A stretch of 64,000 nt of DNA from Chitinophagaceae bacterium (lineage in GTDB: Bacteria > Bacteroidota > Bacteroidia > Chitinophagales > Chitinophagaceae), in assembly GCA_014379965.1 (NCBI GenBank), contig JACMKU010000062.1, positions 19,878-83,877 of the forward strand. The letters run 5' to 3'. How positions within the stretch are numbered: the stretch's first letter is position 1; each line of letters starts with the position of its first letter. Below the pieces are notes generated by a model. The model had not been told where the DNA came from, did no database searches, and worked only from the letters and a program-made list of their open reading frames with translations. The position numbers and the translations under genes were made by a program. Of this stretch, positions 8,790 to 18,520 are shown piece by piece.

Positions 8790-10946
8790 CTAATTCGGAT
8801 CTGCCGTGGATTCTTTGTCTTTTGCCTTCTTCCCTTTCTTAGTATGCGTTAAGTATGTTGCAAAGCCCAACTGTATCTGGTGAAAATTGGTTTTTGTCAC
8901 CTGTAGGTCGTAGTTGAGGCGGTAGCGGAAGAATAATTGGTTATAGGCTGAAGGGCGATAAAAAGCAAATACCTCTGCCGTGCCGATCCATTTTTTTGCC
9001 CGATAATTCGATATTCCGGACCGGTCACCATCAAGATTCTTAATGAACCTCACGTAATCCAAGGTGTCATTGACCTGCGTTAATTCCGAACTCCTCAGAT
9101 CAAAGCGGTTGAGCTTATAGGAGAGCACGACACTATATCTCTTATCTGGGAATATTTGCAGGCAGGCTTCAGGAATGAACTGAAATGAATTCACGCCAGA
9201 CTCTCGAATGTTGTTGTCCGGTATCGGATTGAAAGTCATAGAATCCACTTTACTGCGCATGGTGTCAACCGTCAGGGTGCGACCGAAATATAACCCCGAT
9301 TTTACCGTAATGATTGATTTTACTCCGGGTATGTCGATTGTGAGAAAAGAAATATCCGCGCCGACCCTGAACATCTGGTATTGCAATAGCTGAAGCGTAG
9401 AAGCATAATGATTAGGTCGCTCAGCATCCGGCTCCTGTGAACCAATGTATTGAACGGGTAATCTTTTATTGTTCTTCTCAATCTTACTTAGCGTGAAACT
9501 TGGTGTGAAGTAATTGAGCACTCCAATATTAAAAAGGTTTCTAAACACCGGCACCCGCGTATTCCAGAAATTCATTTTCTTAGATAGTTCAATCTGGACT
9601 AGGCCATTCGGGTTATCATCTTCGATCCCTTTAAGGTCTGTAAAAACTTTAAGTTCGAGTATTTTCGAAGTGCGTTCTTTTTGTAGGTTTATGACGGTCT
9701 CTGCATCTTTAATTTCCAAATCGAGTACATGGTTAACAGGCGAATAATCTTTGGAGTCAAGATCAAGATTCTGATCGAAATCAATAAGTTCACCTAAACG
9801 CATCGTGGCGAAGTCAACATTCTGATCGTTCTTGGTGTTGTGTTCGTAGATTGTCCTCTCCATCAGGTTGGTTTCATAGAGCCTGCGATAATCTCTTCGG
9901 GTGGAGAATGGGATAGGATAATTATTTTCAAATTTCAATAGCTTCCCGCTTTCTGGAACCTTTCCCCTGATTTTGATATTTTCGATGAATCCATCCTGGA
10001 ATTGGATCTGTATGTGATGTACAGTAAACGTGGTGACCTTTTTTTTGGTTGGCCCTATCGCTGCCGATGTATTGGCCATAGGCAAGGACTCTTCTGGAGC
10101 AATGGAGGCTACTAATGAGCCTGACCGCTTTTCGGGTATTTTGACCTGTTCATCACCGTCTTCCTTCATAAATCTCGCCCTACTTGTTTTCGATTTATCG
10201 GCATTTGCTTTACCACTGTCGTTATCCGTATTGAGATTAAAGGTCACAGGTACGGTCTTATGAATGGTCAACTTCCCAGCGTACACATCATCATCGTTTA
10301 CGGTAAGTCCTGCCTCTAGCACATGTTGATATAAGCTCTTTTTCCTGAAGCTGGCGATCAGCCGATCCACCTTGGCGGAATCTGTCGCCGCGGGATCTTT
10401 CTCGCAAAGCCCAAGTAATGATTCTTTCACCTGGTCATAGAAAAAAACTTCGTTAGGCTGTTGAAATGTAAATCCGCCGATCGGGTTTTCTTTTTTATCG
10501 GCGAACGAGACATCAAATGCTCCCTCCACATTTTTCGTCACAAGTATCATGACCACTTTCGCCAACTCCGGGCAGTTCCCACCACCAGATGTCCCTTTAT
10601 TCTCCTTATTCCCGATTTCCTGAGTATCAACTGCAACTAATGGAATATTGAAATTGCTGAGGTTATCTGCCTTACTCGCGGAATCGATAAGTGTGATACT
10701 ACCTGCAGCCTGCGCCATAAACGACGTATCGTTCTTAACATCGTCCCTCTTAAAGAAATCTGCCAGTTTTGAAATCGTGATTGCATTCTTAGTCGTGTTA
10801 AATGAATTAATAAGAATGTTGGCACTATCCTTCCAGGAGATTGTCACTTCCGGCTCAATATCCTGAATTTTTTCTTTTAAAAGTTGCTGCCCCTGCACAG
10901 CATTTTGCATGCTGACCAAAAGCAGGACGATAAGAGTAAGTCTCAT
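8790..10946 (-). CDS. Hypothetical secreted / outer-membrane-associated protein
   Basis: 718 aa with an N-terminal signal peptide (MRLTLIVLLLVSMQNAVQGQ). The C-terminal third has alternating-hydrophobicity strands suggestive of a beta-barrel. I recognise no family. Confidence 0.55.
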   Translation of the reverse strand: MRLTLIVLLLVSMQNAVQGQQLLKEKIQDIEPEVTISWKDSANILINSFNTTKNAITISKLADFFKRDDVKNDTSFMAQAAGSITLIDSASKADNLSNFNIPLVAVDTQEIGNKENKGTSGGGNCPELAKVVMILVTKNVEGAFDVSFADKKENPIGGFTFQQPNEVFFYDQVKESLLGLCEKDPAATDSAKVDRLIASFRKKSLYQHVLEAGLTVNDDDVYAGKLTIHKTVPVTFNLNTDNDSGKANADKSKTSRARFMKEDGDEQVKIPEKRSGSLVASIAPEESLPMANTSAAIGPTKKKVTTFTVHHIQIQFQDGFIENIKIRGKVPESGKLLKFENNYPIPFSTRRDYRRLYETNLMERTIYEHNTKNDQNVDFATMRLGELIDFDQNLDLDSKDYSPVNHVLDLEIKDAETVINLQKERTSKILELKVFTDLKGIEDDNPNGLVQIELSKKMNFWNTRVPVFRNLFNIGVLNYFTPSFTLSKIEKNNKRLPVQYIGSQEPDAERPNHYASTLQLLQYQMFRVGADISFLTIDIPGVKSIITVKSGLYFGRTLTVDTMRSKVDSMTFNPIPDNNIRESGVNSFQFIPEACLQIFPDKRYSVVLSYKLNRFDLRSSELTQVNDTLDYVRFIKNLDGDRSGISNYRAKKWIGTAEVFAFYRPSAYNQLFFRYRLNYDLQVTKTNFHQIQLGFATYLTHTKKGKKAKDKESTADPN

Positions 10947-11144
10947 ATGTTAGTTTGATGGTTGCTGTGGATGATGTATAGGGTGGGGACAGTAAGAATA
11001 AATGTATAATAAAGTATTAGGTCAAAACACCGTTTTTTCACCTTAAACAAGTCCGTGTTTTAACGGTATACTTCCCAGGTAGTAAAGTTTTACTTTCTCG
11101 GCGTGCGACATCCTATGATCCGGAAATCGATTTCTTGGAGAGAT

Positions 11145-11204
11145 AGGCAATCGACAATAGGCAATAGACAATAGGCAACGAGGCAATTGGCAACGAGGAA
11201 ATTG
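11145..11204. repeat. Heptamer array (GGCAATA/GACAATA units)
   Basis: GGCAATCGACAATAGGCAATAGACAATAGGCAACGAGGCAATTGGCAACGAGG lies immediately downstream of the LuxR-type gene stop. It belongs to the same CAATAG family as 6670-6726 and 49717-49752. Confidence 0.8.
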
Positions 11205-11208
11205 CTTA

Positions 11209-11787
11209 TTAGAAAGTTGGTATACTTGATTTAAATAGGAGCGAAAATGCTTTCGATATTAACTCAGCCGTATTCTTCGCATTAAATTTCTCCTTCAGAT
11301 TCTTCTTATGTGTGATAACCGTAGTCTCACAAATAAAAAGTGTACTTGCAATTTCCTTCGCACACAAACCCTTTACGAGAAGCTGTAGTATCTCCACTTC
11401 CCTTCTCGTAAGATAAGGGTCGCCATTCCTCTCCGTGGACTTAGCTTTTACTGGGATTCCCAGCACTTCTATATCTGTCTTCTCTATGTGAGAGTGAGGG
11501 TGAGGTGTCGTATTCCTTACAAGATTTGGAAAGTTCTCATATAGGAAATGTATGAAATAGAGGAGATGATCATTTTGATCCTCCAGCGACTTTATGCGTT
11601 CCTCCAGCTTTCTGATTGATTCGAGGCTTTGAGTATGTGCAAGATCTTTCTTATTAGTAAGCTCCGCAGTAATCTTAATGAAATCATGTGCAGTAGAGTT
11701 ACAGTTATGTACACTACCGCTTTCGCGTGACTGGTTTCTAATCGCCGTTTGGATCTGCTCAAGCAAGACCGATTTGTCCGGAGGCAT
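11209..11787 (-). CDS. LuxR/FixJ-type HTH transcriptional regulator (no receiver domain)
   Basis: 192 aa. The C-terminal GerE/LuxR HTH is LTRREVEILQLLVKGLCAKEIASTLFICETTVITHKKNLKEKF. The N-terminal part is a coiled-coil-like unassigned region. It is divergent from the eCIS operon. Confidence 0.8.
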   Translation of the reverse strand: MPPDKSVLLEQIQTAIRNQSRESGSVHNCNSTAHDFIKITAELTNKKDLAHTQSLESIRKLEERIKSLEDQNDHLLYFIHFLYENFPNLVRNTTPHPHSHIEKTDIEVLGIPVKAKSTERNGDPYLTRREVEILQLLVKGLCAKEIASTLFICETTVITHKKNLKEKFNAKNTAELISKAFSLLFKSSIPTF

Positions 11788-12218
11788 ACAATTCTAATTA
11801 CAAAGTGAAACGATTGTTTCCCTAATCATTGCCTGGATATGGTTTCAATGGGGATTAGATAAACCTCTGCAGCTTTTCGGAGTGGATTACTAAAGTATGG
11901 AAAGTCGCCAATATAAAATGCGACCGCACATAAAATACTCAAAAATGAGGATACGGGCTGACTCAATGGAGTTCCTCAGCGGAGTTTTTTTAAGTGGAAA
12001 TCCTTATAAATGAGGATTGTCCTTCCTTCTTCCTGAACTTATTTTTGGAAAGTATCAGCATGGAGAAATTATTTGGAGTGACGTTTTCAATTTTCATGCA
12101 TCCGTCCTTTTTCACTCCATATTCAAGGCCCCTTAATCCAGGTACTTCAGGTATTTCATTTCGAAAATGGCCAGTAACGATATAGAGATATAGAGGTGAT
12201 TTAACGATCGCAGTTAAC

Positions 12219-12659
12219 ATGAGTAATGACAACCAATTCGACCTCCTTCAATCAATACTTAGCCTTGTCAATACAGATGACTCGGAAATAAAGGAATTTA
12301 TTGAGCGACAGGTAAGGGAACAAAAAAAGATTGAAAAACCAAAGGAGATTTCTAACGAAATCATCCGGAGACTGCGGATACAAAATAAGAAGCTATTGGA
12401 ATTGGTAGACTCATTGAAGGATAGACTTAAGTATGAGAATAGCGATAAGAATCAGATTCGTGATAAGTTGACCGACCTGGAAAATTTGAACAAATCCCTG
12501 GCCCAGGCGCTAGGCAGTTGTGAGGCCTGCTGGGGAGATAACCCGGATTGCGACCACTGTTCAGGACAAGGATTACCCGGATGGAAGAATGTTAACAGGA
12601 GGATGTTTTACTTGTATGTCCTGCCGGCACTCGAAAAGTTACTTACTCGAAAATACTAG
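12219..12659 (+). CDS. Coiled-coil protein with a C-terminal CxxC-x7-CxxC zinc-ribbon-like motif
   Basis: 146 aa with a long heptad-like Lys/Glu-rich helix, then CEACWGDNPDCDHCSGQG. It is the first plus-strand gene before the eCIS structural genes. No family recognised. Confidence 0.55.
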   Translation: MSNDNQFDLLQSILSLVNTDDSEIKEFIERQVREQKKIEKPKEISNEIIRRLRIQNKKLLELVDSLKDRLKYENSDKNQIRDKLTDLENLNKSLAQALGSCEACWGDNPDCDHCSGQGLPGWKNVNRRMFYLYVLPALEKLLTRKY

Positions 12660-12773
12660 ACCACTGTGCGATAGAGGGATCGATTCCCGTACAAGGTAAA
12701 GAGCCAAGGTTCCCATTTAGTAGTACACAGCCAACCGGTTTATGGTGGGTTTTTCATAATTCAATTAGATTCA

Positions 12774-13379
12774 ATGATTGGGCAGGCTATTTTATTGCTT
12801 CGAAACGAGTTGCAATCTTATATTAAGAACCAGGATGCTTCTGTAAACGTCGTCATCGATAACATCGGTCTGCTCGAGACATCGAACGCCGATGGTCTCA
12901 CTAACAACGTGGTGATAACGGTTGTGAATATCGAGGAGGAAAGTACATTGAAGAACCAACCAGCACTCAGACGTCCCTCTTCGAATGTGGCTACTTATGT
13001 TAACCCTCCTGTTTGCCTCAACTTGTATGTGCTTTTCACTTGCAACTATTCAGGTCCGGATTACATTTTTGCATTGAAGCGCCTTGCGTACATCATTCAA
13101 TTTCTCCAAAGCAAAAATTCTTTTTCCTCATCCAGCTCGGTGGTCGGGGGTGGCCTGGACCTCGATAGCGAGGACACCTTAAATCTAAGATTCACGCTTG
13201 AATTATACACGCTAACGTTTGAGCAAATTAACCACCTCTGGGGATCACTGGGAGGAAGACAGATGCCCTTCGCCATGTACAAACTGAGGCTGGTAGCAAT
13301 CACTGAACGCGCCGTCTTGCGTGAAGTACCACTTATCGAAGAAATCGAAACTAATACCAGGGAATTATCAGCCATGTAG
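12774..13379 (+). CDS. DUF4255 (Pvc16/Afp16-like) tail terminator/cap protein
   Basis: 201 aa. The N-terminus MIGQAILLLRNELQSYI and the VVNIEEESTLKN segment match my recollection of the DUF4255 family. Its position at the head of an eCIS operon fits. Confidence 0.7.
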   Translation: MIGQAILLLRNELQSYIKNQDASVNVVIDNIGLLETSNADGLTNNVVITVVNIEEESTLKNQPALRRPSSNVATYVNPPVCLNLYVLFTCNYSGPDYIFALKRLAYIIQFLQSKNSFSSSSSVVGGGLDLDSEDTLNLRFTLELYTLTFEQINHLWGSLGGRQMPFAMYKLRLVAITERAVLREVPLIEEIETNTRELSAM

Positions 13380-13382
13380 CTT

Positions 13383-14714
13383 ATGCCGGTCATCTACAAA
13401 ATATTGTTCGAAGTAAAGCTGATGCATGAATTTTACTTTACCACAAAAGATGGCAATACGATATTTGAGAAAGCTACCCAGGCGGAGCGATTGGTTTTCC
13501 TGAAGGGGAAATATCAAAAGGGATCACCTTCGGTGGCTAACGACCTCGAATTCGATTTCCCCGAGTCGCTAAAGGCCGCTTATAGCAGCTACTGCCTGAA
13601 AATTCTCCCCTCATTTTCTGGCTTCAAGGTGGCGATCAAGGTTAATAAGAAGATACTCGCCGATGAAACGATAGCATACCAGCCGTTTGTTCCTCTGCCA
13701 GGTAATCTGGCGATAACGGTATTGATAACGAAAAAGAATGGCGACGTTGACAGCTACTCAAATTCCAGGATCAATACCTCGTTGCCAGCCTTGTATTATT
13801 TTTCAAACGACAAAGTGATCTCCGGCAACACCTTTCCATTCCTTACAAATGCAATATCGGAATTTAATTCAAACTACACTTATGAGCATGGAGAGCTCGT
13901 TGCGTTTGGGAATAATGATATACGCGGCTATTTCCAGAACTCAGCGGGCGATCAGTGGCAGGTATTTACGGGCGCAGGATTTGCCAATGAGAACGATCGC
14001 ATCTTGCTTCCCACTAAGTTTAATTATTCCTTCCCTGCAGAGAGCAATGTGAAGGATGTTGAGTTTATTTTGAAATCCCCAGGTGGCGGCGCTGTCAAAT
14101 CTATAAGGGCAAATGGCACCGACAGAATGGAAAAGATTCAGCTTGACTTCTCGGATAAAAAGGATTTGTTGTCACTTCCTGCTTCATCCCGGCCAACCGA
14201 CCGATTATTCACCCTTGAAGTTAATGGCGACAATTACATGAGGACGCATTTCATTTTTTTCAGCGATGTGCTTTACAATAGGGCAGTATGGGGAGTAACA
14301 AGCTTTGTTCTCAATCCCGCCAATCCAGACTTCAAGCTTTTTGCATCCGATGGTTACCTGGTAACTCGGAAAAGATTAAGTGGCGACGAAGATCCCCCGC
14401 TGTTTGAGATCCCAATAAAGTCAAGGTTTGCTTTCTGGCGGTATGCACATCAAAGGGGAGACCAGATCCTAATCAGTCTGGATCTCGCTGGTTTTCTGGT
14501 TGAGGAGGAAGTTGATCCCGGCGTTACAGTGAAGAGGCTGATAAGCGTTCGGCCGCGGGCGTTGTCAAGTGTTTATTTCAAGGTGCAGAATGAAAGCGGC
14601 ACAGACAGTAAATATTTGCCGAATCCAGTGAGTTATTCGATCTCGAGAGACAAGGCAGGCAGACCTTGTTTCGATATTATGGTACCCGAATCGGATTTGT
14701 TCCAGGTGATTTAA
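13383..14714 (+). CDS. Hypothetical eCIS-associated protein
   Basis: 443-aa ORF starting 3 nt after the DUF4255 stop and preceding the sheath gene. No recognisable motif. Confidence 0.55.
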   Translation: MPVIYKILFEVKLMHEFYFTTKDGNTIFEKATQAERLVFLKGKYQKGSPSVANDLEFDFPESLKAAYSSYCLKILPSFSGFKVAIKVNKKILADETIAYQPFVPLPGNLAITVLITKKNGDVDSYSNSRINTSLPALYYFSNDKVISGNTFPFLTNAISEFNSNYTYEHGELVAFGNNDIRGYFQNSAGDQWQVFTGAGFANENDRILLPTKFNYSFPAESNVKDVEFILKSPGGGAVKSIRANGTDRMEKIQLDFSDKKDLLSLPASSRPTDRLFTLEVNGDNYMRTHFIFFSDVLYNRAVWGVTSFVLNPANPDFKLFASDGYLVTRKRLSGDEDPPLFEIPIKSRFAFWRYAHQRGDQILISLDLAGFLVEEEVDPGVTVKRLISVRPRALSSVYFKVQNESGTDSKYLPNPVSYSISRDKAGRPCFDIMVPESDLFQVI

Positions 14715-14769
14715 GGCTAATGATTTTAAAAAAATAGACATCCAAATTAAAACTTAAAAAATACATCGT

Positions 14770-16179
14770 ATGGCAGAATACAAAACCCCGGGAGTATATA
14801 TTGAGGAAATTCCCAAACTACCCCCATCAATTGCTTCCGTTGAAACCGCTATACCTGCTTTCATTGGTTATACGGAGAAAGCCCACCTGCGCGAACCCGA
14901 TGATCTTCGAAATGTCCCGAGAAGGATCAGTTCAATGTTGGAGTATGAGACGCTGTTTGGTTTTGCCGACCCAGAGAAAGGAATCGAGGTGATTTTCGAT
15001 AATTCTGGCCCGCGACTCGACGTAAAAGCCAGGGTGAATCCTGAACTCAGGTCAAAATATCTGATGTACTATTCCATGCAGATGTTCTTTATAAATGGTG
15101 GTGGTCCATGTTGGATAGTTTCCGTGGGCGATTATCCTACTACAGGAGGCCTCATCATGGATGCAGATCTGAAAAGGGGATTGGCGGAAGTAGAAAAGAT
15201 CAACGAAGTAACTCTGCTGCTCTTCCCCGATGCAATCAACCTGGATAATGGATTCAACTATTATTCGGTTTACGACGAAGCTATCGATCAGGCTCGTAAA
15301 CTCCAGGACAGATTTGTTATCATGGATGTGCACCATAATCCGGAGAACGGGACAGATTGGAAAGCAGACACAGATAATTTACGAAATGTCCTGTCAGGTA
15401 CAACCGATGACCTTAAATATGCGGCGGTTTATTTCCCAAGGATATTTACGGGGATAGATTTCTATGCACCGCTTGAAGACCAGGTGAAGATTTTAGGAAA
15501 AAGCATAGCCCTGCCGGAGACGATGTCCGAACTAAAGAGCACCAGCAACGCAAACTACTTCATGGCGAAGGCGGCTATTTCAAATATGGAGATGCTATTG
15601 CCGGCCTCCTCCTCCCTGGCTGGTATCTACGCACTCGTCGATGCTACACGGGGTGTTTGGAAGGCTCCCGCAAACGTGAATATCGACAATGCAATAAGGC
15701 CGGAGTTCCTCATCACACATGAACAACAAAAGGATCTTAATGTCGATGCTATGGCAGGCAAGTCCATCAACGTCATTCGGAGTTTTACGGGTCGCGGCCC
15801 GGCCATCGTTTGGGGAGCGCGCACACTTGCTGGCAATGATAACGAGTGGCGCTATATCCCCGTCCGCAGGTTCTTCAACATGGTAGAGGAAAGTACTAAG
15901 AACGCAACTGAGCAATTCGTTTTTGAACCGAATGACATCAACACCTGGGTAAGAGTGAAGTCTATGATTGCAAATTACCTTACCCAGCAATGGAAGGCAG
16001 GAGCGCTTCAAGGGGCGTCTACCAAAGAAGCATTTTTTGTTCACGTTGGGTTGGGCGAGACGATGACCTACCAGGATATTCTTGAAGGGCGTATGATCGT
16101 GGAGATCGGAATGGCAGTAGTAAGACCAGCCGAATTCATCATCCTCCGCTTCATGCATAAAATGCTGGGAGAATCCTGA
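14770..16179 (+). CDS. Contractile tail sheath protein (Afp2-4 / gp18-like)
   Basis: 469 aa. It has the hallmark N-terminus MAEYKTPGVYIEEI and a conserved C-terminal sheath domain (WKAPANVNI, VWGARTL). Confidence 0.92.
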   Translation: MAEYKTPGVYIEEIPKLPPSIASVETAIPAFIGYTEKAHLREPDDLRNVPRRISSMLEYETLFGFADPEKGIEVIFDNSGPRLDVKARVNPELRSKYLMYYSMQMFFINGGGPCWIVSVGDYPTTGGLIMDADLKRGLAEVEKINEVTLLLFPDAINLDNGFNYYSVYDEAIDQARKLQDRFVIMDVHHNPENGTDWKADTDNLRNVLSGTTDDLKYAAVYFPRIFTGIDFYAPLEDQVKILGKSIALPETMSELKSTSNANYFMAKAAISNMEMLLPASSSLAGIYALVDATRGVWKAPANVNIDNAIRPEFLITHEQQKDLNVDAMAGKSINVIRSFTGRGPAIVWGARTLAGNDNEWRYIPVRRFFNMVEESTKNATEQFVFEPNDINTWVRVKSMIANYLTQQWKAGALQGASTKEAFFVHVGLGETMTYQDILEGRMIVEIGMAVVRPAEFIILRFMHKMLGES

Positions 16180-16217
16180 TCGGTATTCTAATCTTCAACT
16201 ATTCTAAAAAATAATAT

Positions 16218-17318
16218 ATGAGCACACACAATCAGACATCAAAAGGATCGAATCCCGAACCGGTGCCGGTGCCTCCTGAGTGTAAACAGGATGATACTAA
16301 CCCAACCCAGATCGTGATCAATAAGGAACGTAATAAATATTGCCTTGAATTGTATGAGGCACGAGGAGCTACCTCTCAACAGGAAGTAAAATTTGCCGGT
16401 GAAAATGAAATTTACAATGACAGGAAATGCTTGTTTAATAATACTGAGGAGAATTACCTGAGGTACCGCAATCTGGAGATTACGATCGGTACTGAAATGT
16501 TGACGACTTCTGAAACCATTAAAGGCAACGTTGACCAACTTAAGAAATGGAATTCTGATCTGAACGCGCTCCTTAAGAAACTAAGTAAGAGTGTCAAGGA
16601 TGCAAAAGAAAAATTTAAGGATCTCAAAGACGCAGGATGCAAGTTGGAATCCAGCATTCACGATCAATGCTTTACTGCGCAATGGAAGGCGTTGACAGGA
16701 AGGGAAAGCGAGAAATGTGATGCTACCGGTGAGCCGCATCCTGCCTGTAAAACGACCGCAGAAGATATTTCTGCTATGATCTGCCGTCCGAAGGGCCTGA
16801 TCCTCGATATCGACTCCATCACGACGGCGTCTGCCGATGTGGTGGGAATCCAGATTTTCTCCAATATCGACACATTGGAACCGCTGCATAAAGAACTGGA
16901 TACATACTCGAAGGATTTTGAGAAGCATGTTGCCGAAGTAATGAAAACCAGGGAAACAGATCTCAAAAAAATGCAGGATGATCTTGTAAAGTCTGTTAAA
17001 GACATTACGAAGGCTGCTGTCGACAGGAACAGTCTTCGAGGCAACTTCGAAGGATTGTATGATGCCGTGAGCTACATGTGCTGTCCTCCGTGTGTATGTG
17101 TAGGTCCAATTGATCCTTCAGACCCCGATTGTCACGACAACAACTACAGGAATAAGCAGGGCGGAACTACGCCAGCAAAGGATTGTTACAATGATTGCCC
17201 ATCACGCCTGAAGAAATGTGAGAAAGCAATCTGCGAGATCTGCACCGATGTGAAGGTTGCTTTCTGTTGCGATACTCCACCTGTGGGCGACCCAGGAATT
17301 CGAGGATGCTGTGATTAG
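16218..17318 (+). CDS. Cysteine-rich coiled-coil protein A (unknown function)
   Basis: 366 aa with about 22 Cys by my count, 14 of them in the last ~80 residues (YMCCPPCVCVGP...CEKAICEICTDVKVAFCCDTPPVGDPGIRGCCD). The central region is Lys/Glu-rich and helical. No signal peptide or TM segment. Confidence 0.7.
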   Translation: MSTHNQTSKGSNPEPVPVPPECKQDDTNPTQIVINKERNKYCLELYEARGATSQQEVKFAGENEIYNDRKCLFNNTEENYLRYRNLEITIGTEMLTTSETIKGNVDQLKKWNSDLNALLKKLSKSVKDAKEKFKDLKDAGCKLESSIHDQCFTAQWKALTGRESEKCDATGEPHPACKTTAEDISAMICRPKGLILDIDSITTASADVVGIQIFSNIDTLEPLHKELDTYSKDFEKHVAEVMKTRETDLKKMQDDLVKSVKDITKAAVDRNSLRGNFEGLYDAVSYMCCPPCVCVGPIDPSDPDCHDNNYRNKQGGTTPAKDCYNDCPSRLKKCEKAICEICTDVKVAFCCDTPPVGDPGIRGCCD

Positions 17319-17353
17319 ACGACACCATTATTAAAATTCTTAAAAAATTTCAT

Positions 17354-18484
17354 ATGCTTACGAAACATTGTTACAAGAATATTCCAGAAAAATGGAATGA
17401 GCACACCGACGATGAAACCAGGCGGCGGATCATCGATTGTTGCGGTGTACCAGATCCCAACGACCCGACCGGGGGTGACTGCTGCTACCGGGATTGGAAC
17501 CTTGAACTAAAAAACGTAAATCAGGACTATAAGGCAGCCATCGAGGAAGCAGAGTTGAGAAAGAGACAGCTCGTCTTTATTACCGACAGGCGAGATCGTT
17601 ATAATACCTGGGTAATTGAATTGAACAAGGCGGAAGAGAAGGCTAGATATATCTGCCAGCAGTTGGATGTCATTGCCACTCAGACACGTAAGATCTGGTA
17701 CAATAGCTGCAAAGCCGTTAAGGCCATCGAGATACTCTACTGCATGATCACCGATTTTTATTTCCAGGTAGACGACCTCCGGAAAAAGTATGACAACCTC
17801 ACTGCATGCGTTTCTAATAATCACGATCCTGCCATCGGTAAAGGAACAGGTATTCTAAAGTATGCTGACGATTATCTCGCGAAGTTGGAGATAGTTATTA
17901 AAACCCGCGACGACCTTGTTAAGCCTGTGTTAGATGCCATTCGTCTTGCTAATCTCATCCGGAATAGCATCTCTACAAAGAAATGCCCCGCTCCCAAGGA
18001 TGACAAAGGCAAAGGCTATGATCCATGCGAGGATGATGAACTCTGCCCGGATTATTGCGTAGAAGGCGGCGAATACTATGGGTTGAAGGCTGTAATCTGT
18101 GCATGGTATCGTGAATTCAATTGTGATCTTAAGTGTGAGCCTACTATCGATCCTAAATTACCTAAGGATCAGTGGAAGCTGAAATACAAGGAACGTGAAG
18201 ATGCCAGGATCAAACGCGAGGAAGAAAAAAAGAAATGCGACGAGAAACAGGATCCGCCTCCAGTGGATTGCGTTTGCGAACTGCGTCCGTCATTTTATTT
18301 CCCAGTTTGTAATGATGTATACAAGATGCAAATCGAAAGATGGTTGTACAACGACGAAAGCTCTATTAATACACTTCGCGAAAACCTATTGGCTAGTTTA
18401 AAGAAGAAAGAGGCGCTCCAGGCATGTAAGGATAGTCTTGCTAAAGCGGTGAAGGAAGTGGATCCAAAGGATAGATGCAAATAG
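17354..18484 (+). CDS. Cysteine-rich coiled-coil protein B (unknown function)
   Basis: 376 aa with about 22 Cys by my count. The N-terminus has DCCGVPDPNDPTGGDCCY, which mirrors the C-terminal CC-x12-CC of protein A. No signal peptide or TM segment. Confidence 0.7.
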   Translation: MLTKHCYKNIPEKWNEHTDDETRRRIIDCCGVPDPNDPTGGDCCYRDWNLELKNVNQDYKAAIEEAELRKRQLVFITDRRDRYNTWVIELNKAEEKARYICQQLDVIATQTRKIWYNSCKAVKAIEILYCMITDFYFQVDDLRKKYDNLTACVSNNHDPAIGKGTGILKYADDYLAKLEIVIKTRDDLVKPVLDAIRLANLIRNSISTKKCPAPKDDKGKGYDPCEDDELCPDYCVEGGEYYGLKAVICAWYREFNCDLKCEPTIDPKLPKDQWKLKYKEREDARIKREEEKKKCDEKQDPPPVDCVCELRPSFYFPVCNDVYKMQIERWLYNDESSINTLRENLLASLKKKEALQACKDSLAKAVKEVDPKDRCK

Positions 18485-18520
18485 CTCGTAACTCTTTAAT
18501 CATAATTAAAAACAGTCTTT

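Noticed and set aside
11788-12218. ORFs 11990-12232 (-) and 11994-12185 (+) in the LuxR/eCIS divergent region, and Bacteroidota-type promoter motifs (TTTG / TAnnTTTG)
   Set aside because: The two ORFs overlap each other on opposite strands and have no motif support. I found only weak partial matches to the -7 consensus, not enough to call a promoter.
15595-16158. Long antisense ORFs inside large genes: 15595-16158, 16581-17044, 21537-22160, 25801-26316, 38017-38457, 38907-39296, 42354-42851, 42858-43364
   Set aside because: Each lies entirely within a strongly supported gene on the opposite strand. Each has a low-complexity or Ser/Ala/Pro-rich composition typical of antisense frames. No independent motif support.
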